The translations under genes and the position numbers were made by a program. From assembly GCA_965248355.1 (NCBI GenBank), contig OZ252098.1:2560001-2624000 (forward strand): a stretch of 64,000 bases of DNA. The letters run 5' to 3'. This DNA comes from Candidatus Latescibacterota bacterium (lineage in GTDB: Bacteria; Latescibacterota; UBA2968; UBA8231). Below the pieces are notes generated by a model. It searched no databases, was not told the origin of the DNA, and saw nothing but the letters and a program-made list of their open reading frames with translations. Shown one piece after another: positions 48,642-59,422 of the stretch (the stretch's first letter is position 1; each line of letters starts with the position of its first letter).

Positions 48642-49193
48642 GTGGGGCGGGGCGCCGCCCGGGGGCAGGTCCAGCCGCAGCGTCGGACCCTCCACCGGCG
48701 CCTGCGCGTCCCCGGCGGATTCCGCCTCCAACAGGGAGCCGGCGCGCTCCACCAGCTCCACCACGTCGGCGCCGAGGAAGACCGGATGCCGGGCGGCGAC
48801 GCTCTGCAGCCGCTGGCGGCTGCGCCGCCACAGCCGCCGCCGGCCGCGGGGATTGCCGGCGTACCACTTGATCAGCGCCGCCGCCAGCTGGATCAGCCCC
48901 TGGAGATAGGTCCGCGTCGTCTCCTCGGACGTGGCCCGCCAGGCCGCTTCCCACTGTTCGTGGGACTCCCACCAGTAGGCGTGGTTGAAGAGGTCGGCGC
49001 CGAGCAGGTACGCCGGATGGGTGGCCCAGTTGTCCCTGGTCAGGGGGCCGCTGGCCGGCTCGGGCGCGGCGTCGCTGTGGCCGCGCGGGTCGGTGCGCGG
49101 GTGGGGGGTCACACCCGGCACGTGGCGGTAGGGGGGGAAGGGCGGGCCCGGCGCGTAGCGGCCGAGGCCCGGGTCGAAGGGTCGGGGCGGCAC
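48624..49193 (-). CDS. DUF309 domain protein
   Basis: LFN..YWWESHEQWE..W, LQGLIQLAAA. Confidence 0.85.
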   Translation of the reverse strand: MPPRPFDPGLGRYAPGPPFPPYRHVPGVTPHPRTDPRGHSDAAPEPASGPLTRDNWATHPAYLLGADLFNHAYWWESHEQWEAAWRATSEETTRTYLQGLIQLAAALIKWYAGNPRGRRRLWRRSRQRLQSVAARHPVFLGADVVELVERAGSLLEAESAGDAQAPVEGPTLRLDLPPGGAPPHGPASS

Positions 49194-49199
49194 CCGGCT

Positions 49200-50234
49200 T
49201 CAGGCCCAGGCGGCCGCCGGGGCCATGGGCGCCGCGGCCTCCTCCAGGCTGGCGGCCAGTTCCCGGAGGCGGGCCTCCAGCTCGGGGACCGAGCGGCAGG
49301 CGCTGAGCTCGGCCCGCAGCCGGGCGGCCCCTCGCAGCTCCCGGAAGTACCCGGCGTAGTGGCGCCGCAGGCCGATGAGGGCCTCGCGCTCATCGGAGCG
49401 CTCGACGCTGAGCCGCAGGTGCCGCAGACACAGCTCGGCCCGCTGCCGGGGCGTCGGCGGCGGCAGGAGACGGCCCGTGCGCAGGTAGTGGCGGATCTCG
49501 GCGAAGATCCAGGGATGGCGGATGGCGGCGCGCCCGATCATGACCGCGTCGCACCCGGTCTCGCGGAAGGCGGCCGCCGCGCTCTCGGGGCCGGTGACGT
49601 CGCCGTTGAGGATCACGGGGATCTCCACCGCCTCCTTGATGCGCGGGATCCAGCTGTAGTCGACCTCCCCCTTGTGCCCCTGGGCGCGGGTGCGGCAGTG
49701 GACGGCCAGGGCTTCGACCCCCTCGTCGACGAGCATGCGCGCCACCTCGACGATGCGGATGCTGGCCGCGTCCCAGCCCAGGCGGGTCTTGACGGTCACG
49801 GGCAGGTGGGTGGCCCCCTTCACCCGGCGCACGACCTGCCGCATCTGCGGCAGGTCCCGCAGCAGGCCGGCCCCGGCGCCGCGCAGGGCCACGTTGCTCA
49901 CCCAGCAGCCGCAGTTGATGTCGATCAGGTCGGGGCCGCGGCCGGTGGCGATCCGGGCCGCCTCCTCCATGGACAGCTCGGAGGCGCCGTAGATCTGGAT
50001 CCCCAGGGGGCGCTCGGCGTCGGTGAAGTCGAGCTTGTGGAAGGTGCGCCGGGGGCCGTCGGGCGCCTCCCGCACCAGGCCCTCGGCATTGACGAACTCG
50101 GTGTAGACCACATCGGCCCCCCGCTGCCGGCACAGGAGGCGGAAGGCGGGCCCGGAGACATCCTCCATGGGCGCCAGCAGCAGGCCGGGGTGAGCCCGGA
50201 CAGGACCGATCTCGAGAGGATGATCGACGGACAA
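49200..50234 (-). CDS. dusB: tRNA-dihydrouridine synthase B
   Basis: LAPM, DINCGC, VTVKTRLGW, NGDV, VMIGR. Confidence 0.9.
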   Translation of the reverse strand: MSVDHPLEIGPVRAHPGLLLAPMEDVSGPAFRLLCRQRGADVVYTEFVNAEGLVREAPDGPRRTFHKLDFTDAERPLGIQIYGASELSMEEAARIATGRGPDLIDINCGCWVSNVALRGAGAGLLRDLPQMRQVVRRVKGATHLPVTVKTRLGWDAASIRIVEVARMLVDEGVEALAVHCRTRAQGHKGEVDYSWIPRIKEAVEIPVILNGDVTGPESAAAAFRETGCDAVMIGRAAIRHPWIFAEIRHYLRTGRLLPPPTPRQRAELCLRHLRLSVERSDEREALIGLRRHYAGYFRELRGAARLRAELSACRSVPELEARLRELAASLEEAAAPMAPAAAWA

Positions 50235-50307
50235 GGGGTCCCCGGGACGCGGGTGAAACGACTCTCCTGCAACGGCTTGATAAGCTACGGACCGGACCCG
50301 GCGGGGG

Positions 50308-50616
50308 CTACAGAAGCGATCCCCGGGCGGTGATCTTGTCCATGATCCGCACCTCCCGGCGGCGGATCATGGGACGCAGGTCGTCGACGATCCTCAGCCA
50401 CTCGGGGCTGCCGTAGTAGGCCTCGACGGCCTTCTCCCGCGCCTTCCGGCTCGGGAAGGCGCGCATCCAGGCGAACTCGTCCTCCCGGTCCGTTTTCCAG
50501 GCGGCGACGAAGGTCACGCCGTACTTGCTCATGAATCGGCGGGCCCGGCGGAACTGGCGGACGAAGGCGGGCCTCATGCCGGGGTGCAGGCGGTAGATGC
50601 GCAACTCGTAGATCAT
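50308..50616 (-). CDS. NIPSNAP-family protein
   Basis: MIYELRIY…Y.SPEW; ATGA overlap with upstream gene. Confidence 0.85.
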   Translation of the reverse strand: MIYELRIYRLHPGMRPAFVRQFRRARRFMSKYGVTFVAAWKTDREDEFAWMRAFPSRKAREKAVEAYYGSPEWLRIVDDLRPMIRRREVRIMDKITARGSLL

Positions 50617-51197
50617 GGCTCTCTCCTCGGGTGCAGGCCGGAGGGGGTGATGACGGCGTCCACGGGGACGTCGTGGTCCTCGGTGGGGACCCGGTCGACG
50701 AAGAACTCGTCGTAGATGAGACCGATCCTGACGCCGCCGGCCAGGTCCGCGAGGAAGCCGTCGTAGTAGCCGCCGCCGCGGCCGATGCGGTAGCCGCGGC
50801 GGTCGAAGAGCAGCCCCGGGACGAGGACGAGATCGGCGGCCGGATCGACGAAGGTCGGGCTCGCGGGCTGCAGCAGGCCCAGGGGCCCGCGGGAGAGCTC
50901 CTCCAGTCCGTCGATCTCGGCGTGCCGCAGCGGCTCTCGGCGGCCGGCCACGACCGGGACCAGCACGCGCTTGCCCTGGTCCCGGGCGGCGTCGACGAGG
51001 GCGTGGGTATCGACCTCCCGGGGCAGGCTGCTGACGTAGGTGTGCAGGGTCCGCGATCGGTCCCAGGCCGGGGATCCCAGCACCCGCCGGGCGATGCGGC
51101 CGCTCCCGGCGGCCAGGTGGCCGGAGGGCAGGTCGTCGAGGCGGCGGAGGGCCTCGCGGCGCCGGCGCGCCTTCTGCCGAGGAATCGGGTCGTCCAT
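50613..51197 (-). CDS. 5-formyltetrahydrofolate cyclo-ligase
   Basis: VPGLLFDRRGYRIGRGGGYYD and HDVPVD. Confidence 0.93.
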   Translation of the reverse strand: MDDPIPRQKARRRREALRRLDDLPSGHLAAGSGRIARRVLGSPAWDRSRTLHTYVSSLPREVDTHALVDAARDQGKRVLVPVVAGRREPLRHAEIDGLEELSRGPLGLLQPASPTFVDPAADLVLVPGLLFDRRGYRIGRGGGYYDGFLADLAGGVRIGLIYDEFFVDRVPTEDHDVPVDAVITPSGLHPRREP

Positions 51198-51331
51198 GGC
51201 GGGACGCAAGGTCGGCGCTTCCCCGGCTGTCAACCGGCCGGCGGCCCCCGGGTCTCGATGTGTGGACGCCCCGGCGGCCAATGGGTAGATTCGGTAACTT
51301 CTCTGCAGCCAATCGATTCGACCGAACCCCC

Positions 51332-52105
51332 ATGACCGTCAGCACACGGCCCGCCCCGGCCGCCCAGAGCCCCGACGACGGGGCCCTTCAGCGCCGCCTG
51401 CGGGATTCGGGTCCCCTGCCCCGGCACGTGGCCATCATCATGGACGGAGACCGGCGCTGGGCCAAGGAACGGGGCCTCAAGCTGACCGAGGGCCACCGCC
51501 ACGCCCGCGAGTCGGTGCGCGACATCGTGCGCGCCTGCGGCCAGCTGGAGCTCGAGGTCCTCACCCTGTACACCTTCTCCAGCGAGAACTGGAACCGGCC
51601 CCGCCACGAGGTCCGCGCCCTCATGTACTGGCTGGAGGAGTCCCTGCGCCAGGAGACGCCCGAGCTGCACGACAACCAGGTGCGCCTCAACGCCGTGGGC
51701 CGCCTCGACGGCCTGCCCGCGCGGGTGCGCCAAGCTCTGCGCGAAGCCCTCGAGGAGACCGCCGGAAACACCGGCCTCATCCTCAACCTGGCCCTCAACT
51801 ACGGCGGCCGCGCCGAGCTCGTCGACGCCTGCCGCCGGCTGGCCCGGCGCGTGCGCGACGGCGGCCTCGAGGCCGACGAGATCGACGAGGAGGTCCTCTC
51901 CGACGCCCTCTACACCGGCGGCCTGCCCGATCCCGACCTGCTGATCCGCTGCAGCGGCGAGATGCGGCTGAGCAACTTCCTCCCCTGGCAGATGGTCTAC
52001 ACCGAGATCTGGTTCACCCCCGTGTTCTGGCCCGACTTCCGGCGCCACCACCTCTACGAGGCGATTCGCGCCTTCCAGCAGCGGCAGCGGCGCTTCGGCG
52101 TGTGA
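51332..52105 (+). CDS. uppS: Undecaprenyl diphosphate synthase (cis-prenyltransferase)
   Basis: HVAIIMDG.RRWA, FSSENW, NYGGR, R.SGE.RLSNF. Confidence 0.95.
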   Translation: MTVSTRPAPAAQSPDDGALQRRLRDSGPLPRHVAIIMDGDRRWAKERGLKLTEGHRHARESVRDIVRACGQLELEVLTLYTFSSENWNRPRHEVRALMYWLEESLRQETPELHDNQVRLNAVGRLDGLPARVRQALREALEETAGNTGLILNLALNYGGRAELVDACRRLARRVRDGGLEADEIDEEVLSDALYTGGLPDPDLLIRCSGEMRLSNFLPWQMVYTEIWFTPVFWPDFRRHHLYEAIRAFQQRQRRFGV

Positions 52106-52108
52106 TCC

Positions 52109-52921
52109 GTGAGTCCGGAAGACCGCTCCCTGGCCCGCCGCACCCTGTCGGCCTGCGTCTTCGTGCCGGCCGTGCTGGCCGCCCTCTGGGCCGGGGGCTG
52201 GGCCCTGTTCGCCCTCGTGGTCCTGGTGGTCGGCCGCGGCACCTGGGAGTTGCTGCACATGGCGCGGCGGGCGGGGCACCGGCCGGCGGTCGGCGTCGGC
52301 GTGGCCCTGGCCCTGGCCTGGTGCCTCTACCTGCAGGTGCGCGGCGCCGACGGGGGGCTGGCCCTGGTGATGATGGGCGGCGTGGTCCTGGCCCTGGCCG
52401 CGGCCCTGCGCCGGGGGGTGGAGGGATTCCTCGCCAACGCCATGATCACCCTCGGGGGCCTGCTGTACGTGGCCGTGCTCGGATCCACGCCGCTGCTGCT
52501 GGCGCCGCGGCTGGGGCCGGAGGCGGGATGGATGATGATCGCCCTCTTCGCCTGCATCTGGCTGACGGACGCGGCCGCCTTCCTGGGGGGCCGGCGGTGG
52601 GGCCGGCGGCGGCTGGCGCCGACGATCAGTCCGGGCAAGACGGTGGCCGGCTGCGTCTGCGGCCTCGCCGGGGGTCTGGTGCCGCTGCTGCTGTGGCCCC
52701 AGCTGCCCTCATGGTCGCTGCCGGAGCTCGGCGGCCTGTTCCTCGTCGTCTCGCTGGGCGGACAGCTCGGTGACGTGGTCGAGTCGGCGATCAAGCGCGA
52801 CCTGGGGGTCAAGGACGCGCCGGTGCTGATCCCGGGACATGGTGGCATGCTCGACCGCTTCGACTCCTACCTGTTCGCCTTCCCCCTCGCCTACGCCTAC
52901 ACCGTCGTCTTCAGGAGCTGA
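52109..52921 (+). CDS. cdsA: Phosphatidate cytidylyltransferase
   Basis: ISPGKT, GD..ES..KR..GVKD….PGHGG.LDRFD. Confidence 0.95.
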   Translation: MSPEDRSLARRTLSACVFVPAVLAALWAGGWALFALVVLVVGRGTWELLHMARRAGHRPAVGVGVALALAWCLYLQVRGADGGLALVMMGGVVLALAAALRRGVEGFLANAMITLGGLLYVAVLGSTPLLLAPRLGPEAGWMMIALFACIWLTDAAAFLGGRRWGRRRLAPTISPGKTVAGCVCGLAGGLVPLLLWPQLPSWSLPELGGLFLVVSLGGQLGDVVESAIKRDLGVKDAPVLIPGHGGMLDRFDSYLFAFPLAYAYTVVFRS

Positions 52922-52928
52922 TCTCCCC

Positions 52929-54254
52929 TTGCTGGCATCCATCCTCGACGGACTCGTCGCCCTCTCCTGGTTCCTCATCGCCCTCGGCGTCCTCGTCTTC
53001 GTCCACGAGCTCGGCCACTTCCTGGTGGCCAAGCGCGCCGGCATCCGGGTGGAGCGCTTCTCCCTCGGCTATCCGCCGAAGATGGTCGGCTTCACCTACG
53101 GGGAAACGGAGTACTGCATCTCCTGGATCCCCTTCGGCGGCTACGTGAAGGTGGCGGGCATGGCCGACGTGGGGACCGACGACGCGACCGGCGAGCCGTG
53201 GGAGTTCCCCTCCAAGTCCCTGCCGGTGCGCATGGCGGTCATCGCCGCCGGCCCCCTGATGAACTTCCTCTTCGCCTTCGCCGTCTTCGTCGTCGTCTAC
53301 GGCGGCTTCGGCATGGACACGGTGGAGTCGACCATCATCGCCCCCGCCGAGGGCTCGGTGGCCGAGACCGCGGGCCTGCGGCGCGGCGACGTCGTCCTCG
53401 CCGTCGACGGCGAGGACGTGGACAATGCCCACGAGCTGCTGGAGGGACTCAAGCGGGCTTCCATCTCCGGCGCCGTGCTCTCCGTCGAGCGCGGCGGCGG
53501 CCTGCTCGACATCGACCTGCCGCCCAAGCCGGACGGGGCCTACGGCCTGACCGTGCTGCTGCCGCCTCGGGTCGGCAGCACCGAGCCCGGCACCCCGGCC
53601 GCCGGGCTGGGTCTGCAGCGGGGCGATCTGATCACCACCGTCGACGGCCGGCCGGTGGCCACCTGGTCCGGCATGCGCGAGCTGATCAGCGCCCGTCCCG
53701 GCGAGCCGATCGAGCTGCAGTGGGAGCGCGGCGGCCGCCTCATGACCTCCATGATCACGCCCGAGGAGCGCATGGACGGGGAGGAGCGCATCGGCATCAT
53801 CGGCATCCGCCACCACCAGTCGGGCTCGGTCCGCGTCGGCTGGTGGCAGGCGGTGAAGATCGGCGCCTACAGCGTCTACTCCTCCTCCTCGCTGATCCTC
53901 GACTTCCTCGGCAGCATCTTCGAGGACCGCCGCTACAAGGAGCTGGGCGGCCCCATCCGGATCGCCATCATGGCCGACGACACGGCCGACATGGGGCTGC
54001 GCTACTTCCTGCAGTTCCTCGCCCTGCTCAGCGTCAACCTCGCCGTGCTCAACCTCCTGCCCATCCCCGTCCTCGACGGCGGCCACCTCGCCTTCCTGGC
54101 CCTGGAGGGGATCCTCCGCCGCCCGCCTTCGGTGCGCCAGCGGGAGCTGGCCCAGCAGGTCGGCCTGGTCATCATCCTCTTCATCATGGTCATGGTCACC
54201 TTCAACGACCTCAATCAGTTCGTCCTGCACCACGTCGTGGACCTCTTCCAGTAG
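52929..54254 (+). CDS. rseP: RIP metalloprotease RseP with two PDZ domains
   Basis: HELGH, AGP.MN, NLLPIPVLDGG. Confidence 0.95.
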   Translation: MLASILDGLVALSWFLIALGVLVFVHELGHFLVAKRAGIRVERFSLGYPPKMVGFTYGETEYCISWIPFGGYVKVAGMADVGTDDATGEPWEFPSKSLPVRMAVIAAGPLMNFLFAFAVFVVVYGGFGMDTVESTIIAPAEGSVAETAGLRRGDVVLAVDGEDVDNAHELLEGLKRASISGAVLSVERGGGLLDIDLPPKPDGAYGLTVLLPPRVGSTEPGTPAAGLGLQRGDLITTVDGRPVATWSGMRELISARPGEPIELQWERGGRLMTSMITPEERMDGEERIGIIGIRHHQSGSVRVGWWQAVKIGAYSVYSSSSLILDFLGSIFEDRRYKELGGPIRIAIMADDTADMGLRYFLQFLALLSVNLAVLNLLPIPVLDGGHLAFLALEGILRRPPSVRQRELAQQVGLVIILFIMVMVTFNDLNQFVLHHVVDLFQ

Positions 54255-54272
54255 GTCGCCGCGGGGTCGGGG

Positions 54273-55418
54273 GTGTCCGATCGGCAGGCGCTGACCCGGT
54301 TCGCCCGCCAGGAGGCGGGGCGCCAGGGCTTCGACCTGTTCGGGGTGACGCCGGCCGATCCCCTGGCCGGCGCCGAGTTCTACGCGCGCTGGGTGGCCCT
54401 CGGGTTCGCCGGGGAGATGTCCTGGCTGGAGCGCAACCTCGAGCGCCGCGCCGACCCCCGGCGGCGGCTGCCGGGGGCGCGCAGCGTCATCTGCCTCGGC
54501 ATGCACTACGATCCTCCGGCCGCCGCGCCGGAGTCCGGGCCGGTCCCCGGCCGGCCCCGGGGACAGATCGCGCGCTACGCCCGGGGAGACGACTACCACG
54601 GCCTGATCGAGGGGCGGCTGAAGGCTCTGTGGGAGGCCCTGCGGGTCCACGCCGGCGGCGGCGAGGGCCGCTGGTCCGTGGACACGGCGCCGGTCCTCGA
54701 GCGCGAGCTGGCCGCCCGCGCCGGCCTGGGCTGGTGGGGCAAGAACACGTGCCTCATCAACCGCCGGGCCGGCTCGTACTTCTTCCTCGCCGAGATCGTC
54801 ACCACCCTCGAGCTGACCGCCGATACGCCCGAGGTCGACCACTGCGGCTCCTGCACCCTCTGCCTCGAGGCCTGCCCCACCGGCGCCTTTCCCGAAGCCT
54901 ACGTCCTCGACGCGCGGCGCTGCATCTCCTACCTGACGATCGAGCTGAAGGAGACCATTCCGGCGGAGCTGCGCGACGGCGTCGGCGACTGGGTGCTGGG
55001 CTGCGACATCTGCCAGGAGGTCTGCCCGTGGAACCGGCGCGCCCCGGCCACGGGGGAGGAGGCCTTCCACGCCCGGGAAGGTCTCGATCCGGTGGACCTG
55101 GTGGAGTTGCTGGGCCTGGACCGGGAGGCCTTCAACGAGCGCTTCCGCCGCAACCCGGCCAAGCGCCCGAAGCGCCGCGGCCTGCTGCGCAACGCCGCCG
55201 TCTGCCTCGGCAACGCCGGCGACCGCCGGGTGGTGCCGCACCTGGCGCGGGCCCTGGCGCAGGAGGAGGAGCCCCTGGTGCGGGCCCACGTGGCCTGGGC
55301 CCTGGGCAAGCTGGGGGGAGAGGGGGCGAAGGAGGCGCTGCGGGCGGCCCGGGGCCAGGAGACCGACGCCGAGGTGCTGGAGGAGATCGAGGCGGCGCTG
55401 GAGGCGGCGGCCCCCTGA
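54273..55418 (+). CDS. queG: Epoxyqueuosine reductase with C-terminal HEAT-like repeat
   Basis: YARGDDYH, CGSCTLCLEACP, CISYLTIE, GCDICQEVCPWN. Confidence 0.95.
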   Translation: MSDRQALTRFARQEAGRQGFDLFGVTPADPLAGAEFYARWVALGFAGEMSWLERNLERRADPRRRLPGARSVICLGMHYDPPAAAPESGPVPGRPRGQIARYARGDDYHGLIEGRLKALWEALRVHAGGGEGRWSVDTAPVLERELAARAGLGWWGKNTCLINRRAGSYFFLAEIVTTLELTADTPEVDHCGSCTLCLEACPTGAFPEAYVLDARRCISYLTIELKETIPAELRDGVGDWVLGCDICQEVCPWNRRAPATGEEAFHAREGLDPVDLVELLGLDREAFNERFRRNPAKRPKRRGLLRNAAVCLGNAGDRRVVPHLARALAQEEEPLVRAHVAWALGKLGGEGAKEALRAARGQETDAEVLEEIEAALEAAAP

Positions 55419-55424
55419 CCAGCG

Positions 55425-56702
55425 TCAGCTCCGCGCCACCCGGTCGACCTCGGTCTCCCCCTCCGAGCGGGCGATGACGGCGGCCCCGCAGGAGTCGCTG
55501 AAGACGTTGACCACCGTGCGGTACATGTCCAGGGGCCGGTCGATGGCCAGCATGGCCCCCACGATGAGGGCCACCTGCGGCCCGGTGAGGTTCACCGCCT
55601 CGAGGACGATGAAGATCACCACGAGGCCGGCCGAGGGCACGGCCGCCGCGCCGATGGAGGCGAGCAGGGCGGTGACCACGATCAGCGCCTGTTGCTCGAA
55701 GCCCATGGCCACGCCCATCACCTGGGCGATGAACAGGACTCCCGCGCATTCGTAGAGGGCCGTGCCGTCCATGTTGACGGTGGCGCCCATGGGCAGCACG
55801 AAGGAGGTCACGCGGTTGGAGACGCCCACCTTGTTCTCCACGGCGTCGATGGTCACCGGCAGGGTGGCCCCCGACGAGCTGGTGGAGAAGGCCATGCACA
55901 TGGGCTCCACCATGTTGCGGAAGTGGATCCTCGGATCGATGCCGCCGAGGAACCTCAGCACCAGGGGCAGGACGACGAAGAGGTGGAAGGTCAGGCCCAG
56001 GCACAGGACCAGGGCGTAGAGGCCCAGGGCCTTGAAGGAGGAGAGTCCGGTGGTCCCCACGAGGGTGAGGATGAGGGAGAACACGCCGATGGGGGCCACC
56101 CAGCGGATGATGCCCGAGGTGAGCCGCATCATCGTCTCGAAGGCCGAGGCGGCGAGGCTCGCCAGGGGGTCGCGGTGGCGCGCCGGCAGGCCGGCGATGC
56201 TGAGGCCCACGAGGAGGGCGAAGAAGATGATGGAGAGCATCCGGGCCTCGGCGGCGGCCTCGACGATGTTGGCGGGGACGACGTCGAGGATCAGGTCGAC
56301 GGGCGAGGTGACCACGGTGAGGTCGGGCAGCTGCCGGGTCTCGGCGCCTCCGAGGTCGGCGCCGACGCCGGGCCTGATCAGGTTGACCAGGACCAGCCCG
56401 GTGAGGACGGCGAGGAAGCTGGTGAGCAGGTAGTAGCCGAGGGTCTTGCCGAAGAGCCGCCCCAGGCCGGCGCCCCCCACCGAGGCGACGCCGGAGACGA
56501 TGGAGGTCAGCACCAGGGGCACGATGACCATCTTGAGCAGCTTGATGAAGAGCTGCCCGATCCACCCCAGCTCCGCGGCCAGGGCCTGACCTCCGGCGAG
56601 ACCGGCCAGGATGCCCAGGACCATGGCCAGGGCGACCTGCCAGTGCAGCCGGCGGTACCAGGCCGGCTTCGCCGCGGCGCTTCCGGGGACCGGGCCGGTC
56701 AA
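55425..56702 (-). CDS. Dicarboxylate/amino acid:cation symporter (DAACS)
   Basis: FSTSSSGATLP, GATVNMDG, DRPLDMYRT..N. Confidence 0.95.
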   Translation of the reverse strand: MTGPVPGSAAAKPAWYRRLHWQVALAMVLGILAGLAGGQALAAELGWIGQLFIKLLKMVIVPLVLTSIVSGVASVGGAGLGRLFGKTLGYYLLTSFLAVLTGLVLVNLIRPGVGADLGGAETRQLPDLTVVTSPVDLILDVVPANIVEAAAEARMLSIIFFALLVGLSIAGLPARHRDPLASLAASAFETMMRLTSGIIRWVAPIGVFSLILTLVGTTGLSSFKALGLYALVLCLGLTFHLFVVLPLVLRFLGGIDPRIHFRNMVEPMCMAFSTSSSGATLPVTIDAVENKVGVSNRVTSFVLPMGATVNMDGTALYECAGVLFIAQVMGVAMGFEQQALIVVTALLASIGAAAVPSAGLVVIFIVLEAVNLTGPQVALIVGAMLAIDRPLDMYRTVVNVFSDSCGAAVIARSEGETEVDRVARS

Positions 56703-57463
56703 TCCTCTAGAGCGTTGAGCTGGTCGCGAAGCTCGGCGGCCCGCTCGAACTCCTCGCGGGAGACCGCCGTCTCCAGCTCCTGCCGGAGGCGCTCCTTCTC
56801 GCTCAGCGGCCGGCGGCCGCTGAGTTCCTCCACGAGCTCGTCGATGGCCTGCACCGAGCGCTCGCGCTCGGAGTGGAACTCCTCGGAGTCCACGTCATCC
56901 AGATCCTCGATCTTCTGCCGCGCCCTGCACAGGCGGCCGATGGCGCGGTCGAAGTCCTCCTCATCCACCGCGAGCATGGCCTGCGCCGTGGCGTCGATGC
57001 GCAGGACATAGGGCCACCACTTCTCGAGGTTGTTGCGGTCGTCCTCGTGGGCGGCGTAGCGGTTGACGAAGCGGAACAGGGCCATGTTGCGCTCGGTGTC
57101 GCGCACGACGCGGCGGTACTCCTTGATCTGCAGCAGGAAGACGTAGCGCCCGTAGATGCGGGCGCTCTCGTCGAACAGCTCCTTGCAGACCTCCCGGTCG
57201 AGGCGGAAGTCGTCGTCGCTGCCCCCGTGGCTGGAGCGGTGGTCCTCGAGGGCCGCCGTGAAGTGATCGAGGGCGAAGTCGTTGTCGTGCGGCCGGCGGC
57301 CGTCCGGACGGCCGTCGAGGTTGAGCTGAAGGATGCCCTGGAAGGCGCCTTGGTCGACTCGCACCTGGATCTTGGCCACCCCGTCGGCGCCCTCGATCTT
57401 GCGCACGTTCGACTCGGGATCGTAATCCCAGGCGTCGAGCAGTTCGGTGATGTCTGCGCTCAT
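56699..57463 (-). CDS. Hypothetical protein with C-terminal UvrB/UvrC motif
   Basis: AVSREEFERAAELRD; GRPDG.RPH. Confidence 0.8.
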   Translation of the reverse strand: MSADITELLDAWDYDPESNVRKIEGADGVAKIQVRVDQGAFQGILQLNLDGRPDGRRPHDNDFALDHFTAALEDHRSSHGGSDDDFRLDREVCKELFDESARIYGRYVFLLQIKEYRRVVRDTERNMALFRFVNRYAAHEDDRNNLEKWWPYVLRIDATAQAMLAVDEEDFDRAIGRLCRARQKIEDLDDVDSEEFHSERERSVQAIDELVEELSGRRPLSEKERLRQELETAVSREEFERAAELRDQLNALED

Positions 57464-57565
57464 GGCGATCCCGTCCCTTCGCGGACCCGGGCTAGGTTAT
57501 CCCGGCCCTCTGTCAGTGTCAATCAGCCCGCCGGCTGCCAGGGCCTTGACCGAAGGGGCAGTACC

Positions 57566-57607
57566 GACATATTTGTTTCTCGGGACATTTATCAAGACAT
57601 ATTTGTC
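57566..57607. promoter_or_regulatory. GACA-N4-TGTC operator pair upstream of the activator gene
   Basis: GACATATTTGTT (57566) and GACATATTTGTC (57596), 30-bp period. Confidence 0.7.
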
Positions 57608-57621
57608 TCTTCTCCGAGGAG

Positions 57622-59196
<1,575 letters not shown>

Positions 59197-59222
59197 GCCG
59201 GGCTCAGTGCCCCGAGGCGAAC

Positions 59223-59372
59223 TACAAAATTGTCTCTCGCGAAGTCAACAAAGACAATTACGTCGGCTTCCGGTTTCCAGACAGAAACTCTGAAGGTCGA
59301 CGCAACTCTATTGTTAACAACCTCTTGGGAGGGTAGTTCCGGTCGTCCCCCGGGCCTGGTATCAGGTTTGCT
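59223..59372 (+). promoter_or_regulatory. Sigma54 promoter of amtB with upstream activator sites and IHF-like site
   Basis: TACAAAATTGTC (59223), GACAATTACGTC (59253), TAACAACCTCTTG (59315), TGGTAT-CAGGT-TTGCT (59357-59372). Confidence 0.8.
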
Positions 59373-59422
59373 TAGGGCTCGGGCTGACAGCCTCACACCC
59401 CCCACGGAGGAAGGAACGGCCC

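Noticed and set aside
51198..51331. 6S RNA upstream of 5-formyl-THF cyclo-ligase
   Set aside because: Only ~134 bp, shared with the divergent uppS promoter; too short and no long rod structure seen
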